The translations under genes were made by a program, and so were the position numbers. From contig NW_027191402.1 of the NCBI RefSeq assembly GCF_041146345.1, forward strand, positions 1,178,001 to 1,242,000: 64,000 nucleotides of DNA, in the 5' to 3' direction. Source of the DNA: Neodothiora populina. Lineage: Eukaryota. This document shows positions 61,001 through 64,000 of the stretch, piece after piece. The notes under the pieces are model-generated. The model did no database searches. It saw only the letters and a list, made by a program, of their open reading frames with translations, and was not told the origin of the DNA. Numbering within the stretch: the stretch's first letter is position 1; every line of letters begins with the position of its first letter.

Positions 61001-63261
61001 ATGATGCCACACCTGGATCCAGTGCGGCGATTGCAGCTTGGCCAGCTGCCGCTTGCTATCTCATTTCTTCACTTCGACTCGCCTGAGCCTGTTGTGATCT
61101 GCACTTAATGTTAATACGCACTTACGGTTAGCGGAGACCGCGTCACAAGGCATCTTTGGGAGGTGCATCAAGTCTCAAAGGACGCGCGCCGAGGGCTAAC
61201 CCCGCTTATCCAGTCTCTCTGTCTTCTTGATCCCCATAACTTAGAGAATCGGCCTGATGGATTGCTACCCCATCCTCATTTAGCTGTACGGACCGGATTT
61301 GCGTGCATGCATTGCAACTATCGCTCTACCAGCTATGACCTTGTTTTGCGGCATCTTGTAAAGTAGCATGATCGGAAACGCATAAGTGAGCTTTTGCCCG
61401 GCAACGATATACAGGAAAACGTGTGCCTCCAGAGCTGGACCCAGAACGCTTGTGGCGGTTATTGGATTGTAAATTTGCCTGCCAAAATCTCCGAGTCAGC
61501 TATTGCATTCCCTCTTCCACAGGCACAGGCCCGTCTGGAAGCTATCCACCAGGCCGAGCTTGGTTACATCGCTACAGCCCATGTCATCAATAAGTGTACT
61601 GTTACGGACGACGTAGGCGAAGATCCTGCTCTTACATCGAACTGGATACGCCGCACAGGCTGGAAGCGCACGTACAATGGCGCACGGCGCGACATACTTG
61701 TGAGACTCACGGCCACACCTGATCGCTGCGGTCCTCACTCTACTGATTTTGCTATTGCGCAGTGCGATGGTGCTCATATTTACAGCCCGGCCGCAGACGA
61801 GGCAAGGCTTGTCGAACTTGAAGATGCTATTGATCGCTTTTTCGACCGCTGCGAGGAAACTGTCCACCACACGGATACCTCTATCCGTGCTTGGCTACTG
61901 AGTTATCGTAGGCACGTCCCATATAGAGCCCCGTTTGAGATACCTGATCAGCTTAGTACAAGGACAAGGTATCGCAGGGAGTGGAAAAGGCTTATCTACT
62001 TCGTCCTGCGTTTATACCGGATGGAAGCAGCATCTCGACGGTCTTTATTGAAACTCGAGCTCAGAGAGGTGCAGGTGCAGGCGTTGGATCGATTTTGGCA
62101 CGACCCGTGGTGGGCTCGCCAGACAGGCGATGTATCAGCAACGGCAGCGTATCTCGGCAGCAACGAGCTACTGCAAGGGGACGATATTGCGTGTGACTCC
62201 GATGAGATTGATTCAAGTATTACGGACGGTAGCGATGCTGAGCCCTTCTGCGATTCCGCCTTTGTGGACGTGAATGTCGACCCCCCTCAAAGCAATGCTG
62301 CGCTCGATGACAGGAGAGCTAATTTTGAAGACGGTAAGCGCTACTAGTGTCGGCTACACAGTGCGGAATCGCACAAGGCAGGCACTATATCAGCTAATGT
62401 CTTATCAATGTAAGGCAACGCGGAGATATTATGACACTTAACGACCATCTAGCGGATCTAGTAGGTTGTTTGAGTCTTTTCCTCTCTACAGAGGAATTCG
62501 TTAATAGCCTCTCGAGTTCAACGCTCCTTGTCTATTTCAGCGGCGTCCTTGGATTCTCGACCGATGGATCAACATTCAAGAAAGCCCGCGACTATACTAC
62601 CCGACTGTCGGCCCTTATATACTCCCTCCGTCTGATCTTTCTTGAGCGCTCGCTTCCTCGTTTAGGCCATCCCTACATTGGCTGGATTGAACGACCAGCG
62701 CAGGGCCAGCTCAAATGTCTTAATCGGCTTCGCAGGCGGTATATGTGCTTAAGCTGTCAGTACCCGATGGGTGAGCTGTTGGGGCTACGGAAGTATGGAC
62801 GCGCGTTTACCCGATCGGAAAGCGCTGCGTTCCGGGTGCGGTGGAGCGACGATGGACAGACTGTGTCTTGGGGCCCCAGCCAGCAGCTAACCATGGTCCA
62901 ATTCAGACTGCTTGGTGAAGGGATACTAAAAACCGCCTACGTTATGTGCGATCACTTAATGTTCGACTGGCGACCCGACATTGATCTAGGCGCCATTAAG
63001 GATCAGTTCTCAAATTCCTCGATTAGCTACTCGTTCATTGCCGACCCTGCTAACAACCTTTCGGGTTCCTACCTTAAGCTGTTGGAGCGCGCATACCCAG
63101 ACGGCAAGAGAGGTCTCATGTCAGGAGACAACTGGAACATGGAGGCCGTTAGCAAATATCTCTCCTGTCAGGAGGCCATATTAGAGCAACTTATGCTAAT
63201 TATGTACCTGCTCGGTGGCCAGGCCCCTCGGACTACGGAACTCTTCAGCATTGAGATCTAA
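61001..63261 (+). pseudogene. DUF3505 (OrsD-like) / telomere-linked RecQ helicase-type protein, N-terminal part, truncated by a LINE
   Basis: VVICT*C*YAL...RHL...H, FACMHC...RHL, LQSWTQ..YWIV, WIRRTGW, LLVYFSGVLG...YTTRLSALIY, GGQAPRTTELFSI. Stops at 61106, 61112 and 61364. The helicase domain is absent from the window. Confidence 0.85.
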
Positions 63262-63267
63262 TTACAA

Positions 63268-64000
63268 TGATTGATTGATTGATTGATTAGTCTATCAAGC
63301 TATTCACAGTCTTATCGTCCGTATGAGCTGTCCAATGTCGTTCCCTCGTTTTCTTATCTGTTGCTTAGCCTCACGGATAATAAAAGAAGAACCCTAACGC
63401 CCCTTATTCCTTAATCGCTACCCTCCTGTTGCTGTAAAGGGATAGCTGCCATCCTGGTTGTCTGTTAAAGAAACCGGACTATCGCTTTCACTATTTTTAA
63501 ATTTAGTCTTTACTACTCGAGTAGGCTATTTACTAACTAATTTATATACATTTCTCTTTTCTTACTATACCCTCCTAATAAAAAGGACAAGTTACCTTAT
63601 CTGTTCCCTGCTATTTACTTAAGTTCTGCTTGTATACTTGTTTAGCGCTAACACCGAAGAAGCACATAAGCTACTGTCTCGTCTTCCTGCCTATATTTGC
63701 ATTTACTACTTTCCTTAACTCCGATCTTTGCTAAATGGGATCGGAGATAAGTATAGTTCGTTCTTGCTTGTACGAGAATACCCGCTTGCTCGGAGTTTAA
63801 CGCTCCGTAAAGCTTAAGCGTGTGCTTGCTTAAGAGAGCTGCATCTAGCCTCTATGTGTATTAACCTTATCTGTTCGTTCTTAGTGTTTAAGCTTTTAAA
63901 CGCTTTTGTTCTATAAGGTTTTTAACAAGAAGTGTTTAAACCACCCTGCTCTCTTTAATTTAGACGTTAAAGTTCCTAAATAGTTTCGTGCCTATCTCTA
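63268..64000 (-). mobile_element. Heavily RIP-mutated Tad1-like LINE, 3' end
   Basis: Minus strand reads EQAGILVQART...LRSHLAKIG..CKY..DETVAYVLLRC*R*...GNLSFLLGG and ends GATAGACTAAT(CAAT)n. AT/TpA-rich. Confidence 0.88.

Noticed and set aside
1..64000. rRNA/tRNA genes, telomeric TTAGGG arrays, DUF3723, ferric reductase and NLR genes
   Set aside because: Looked for but not seen.

Overview
Intron-containing DNA from a filamentous ascomycete (Pezizomycotina): short GT..AG introns with CTRAY branch sites and RIP-type mutations. It looks like a decaying accessory, mobile-element-rich region. Left (1-13.6 kb): a disrupted DUF3435 tyrosine recombinase (Starship captain type, minus strand) with Starship-type cargo downstream of it, namely a kinase-like pseudogene, a patatin-like phospholipase relic, an apparently intact OTT_1508-type deaminase and a degraded Spok-like (nuclease-Cys cluster-kinase) gene. 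Middle (14-53 kb): scattered pseudogenes (Est1/SMG6-like, methyltransferase, F-box, two PD-(D/E)XK nuclease-like genes) plus a compact island of intact uncharacterised genes around a perfect 3x72-bp promoter repeat. Right (53-64 kb): a truncated ABCB transporter, a divergent ArgJ/ARG7 paralog, a non-RIPed Tad1-like LINE 3' fragment, and a DUF3505/telomere-linked-helicase-type pseudogene cut by a heavily RIPed LINE. All family calls come from motif recognition by eye; no database search was run, and element boundaries could not be fixed from this window alone.
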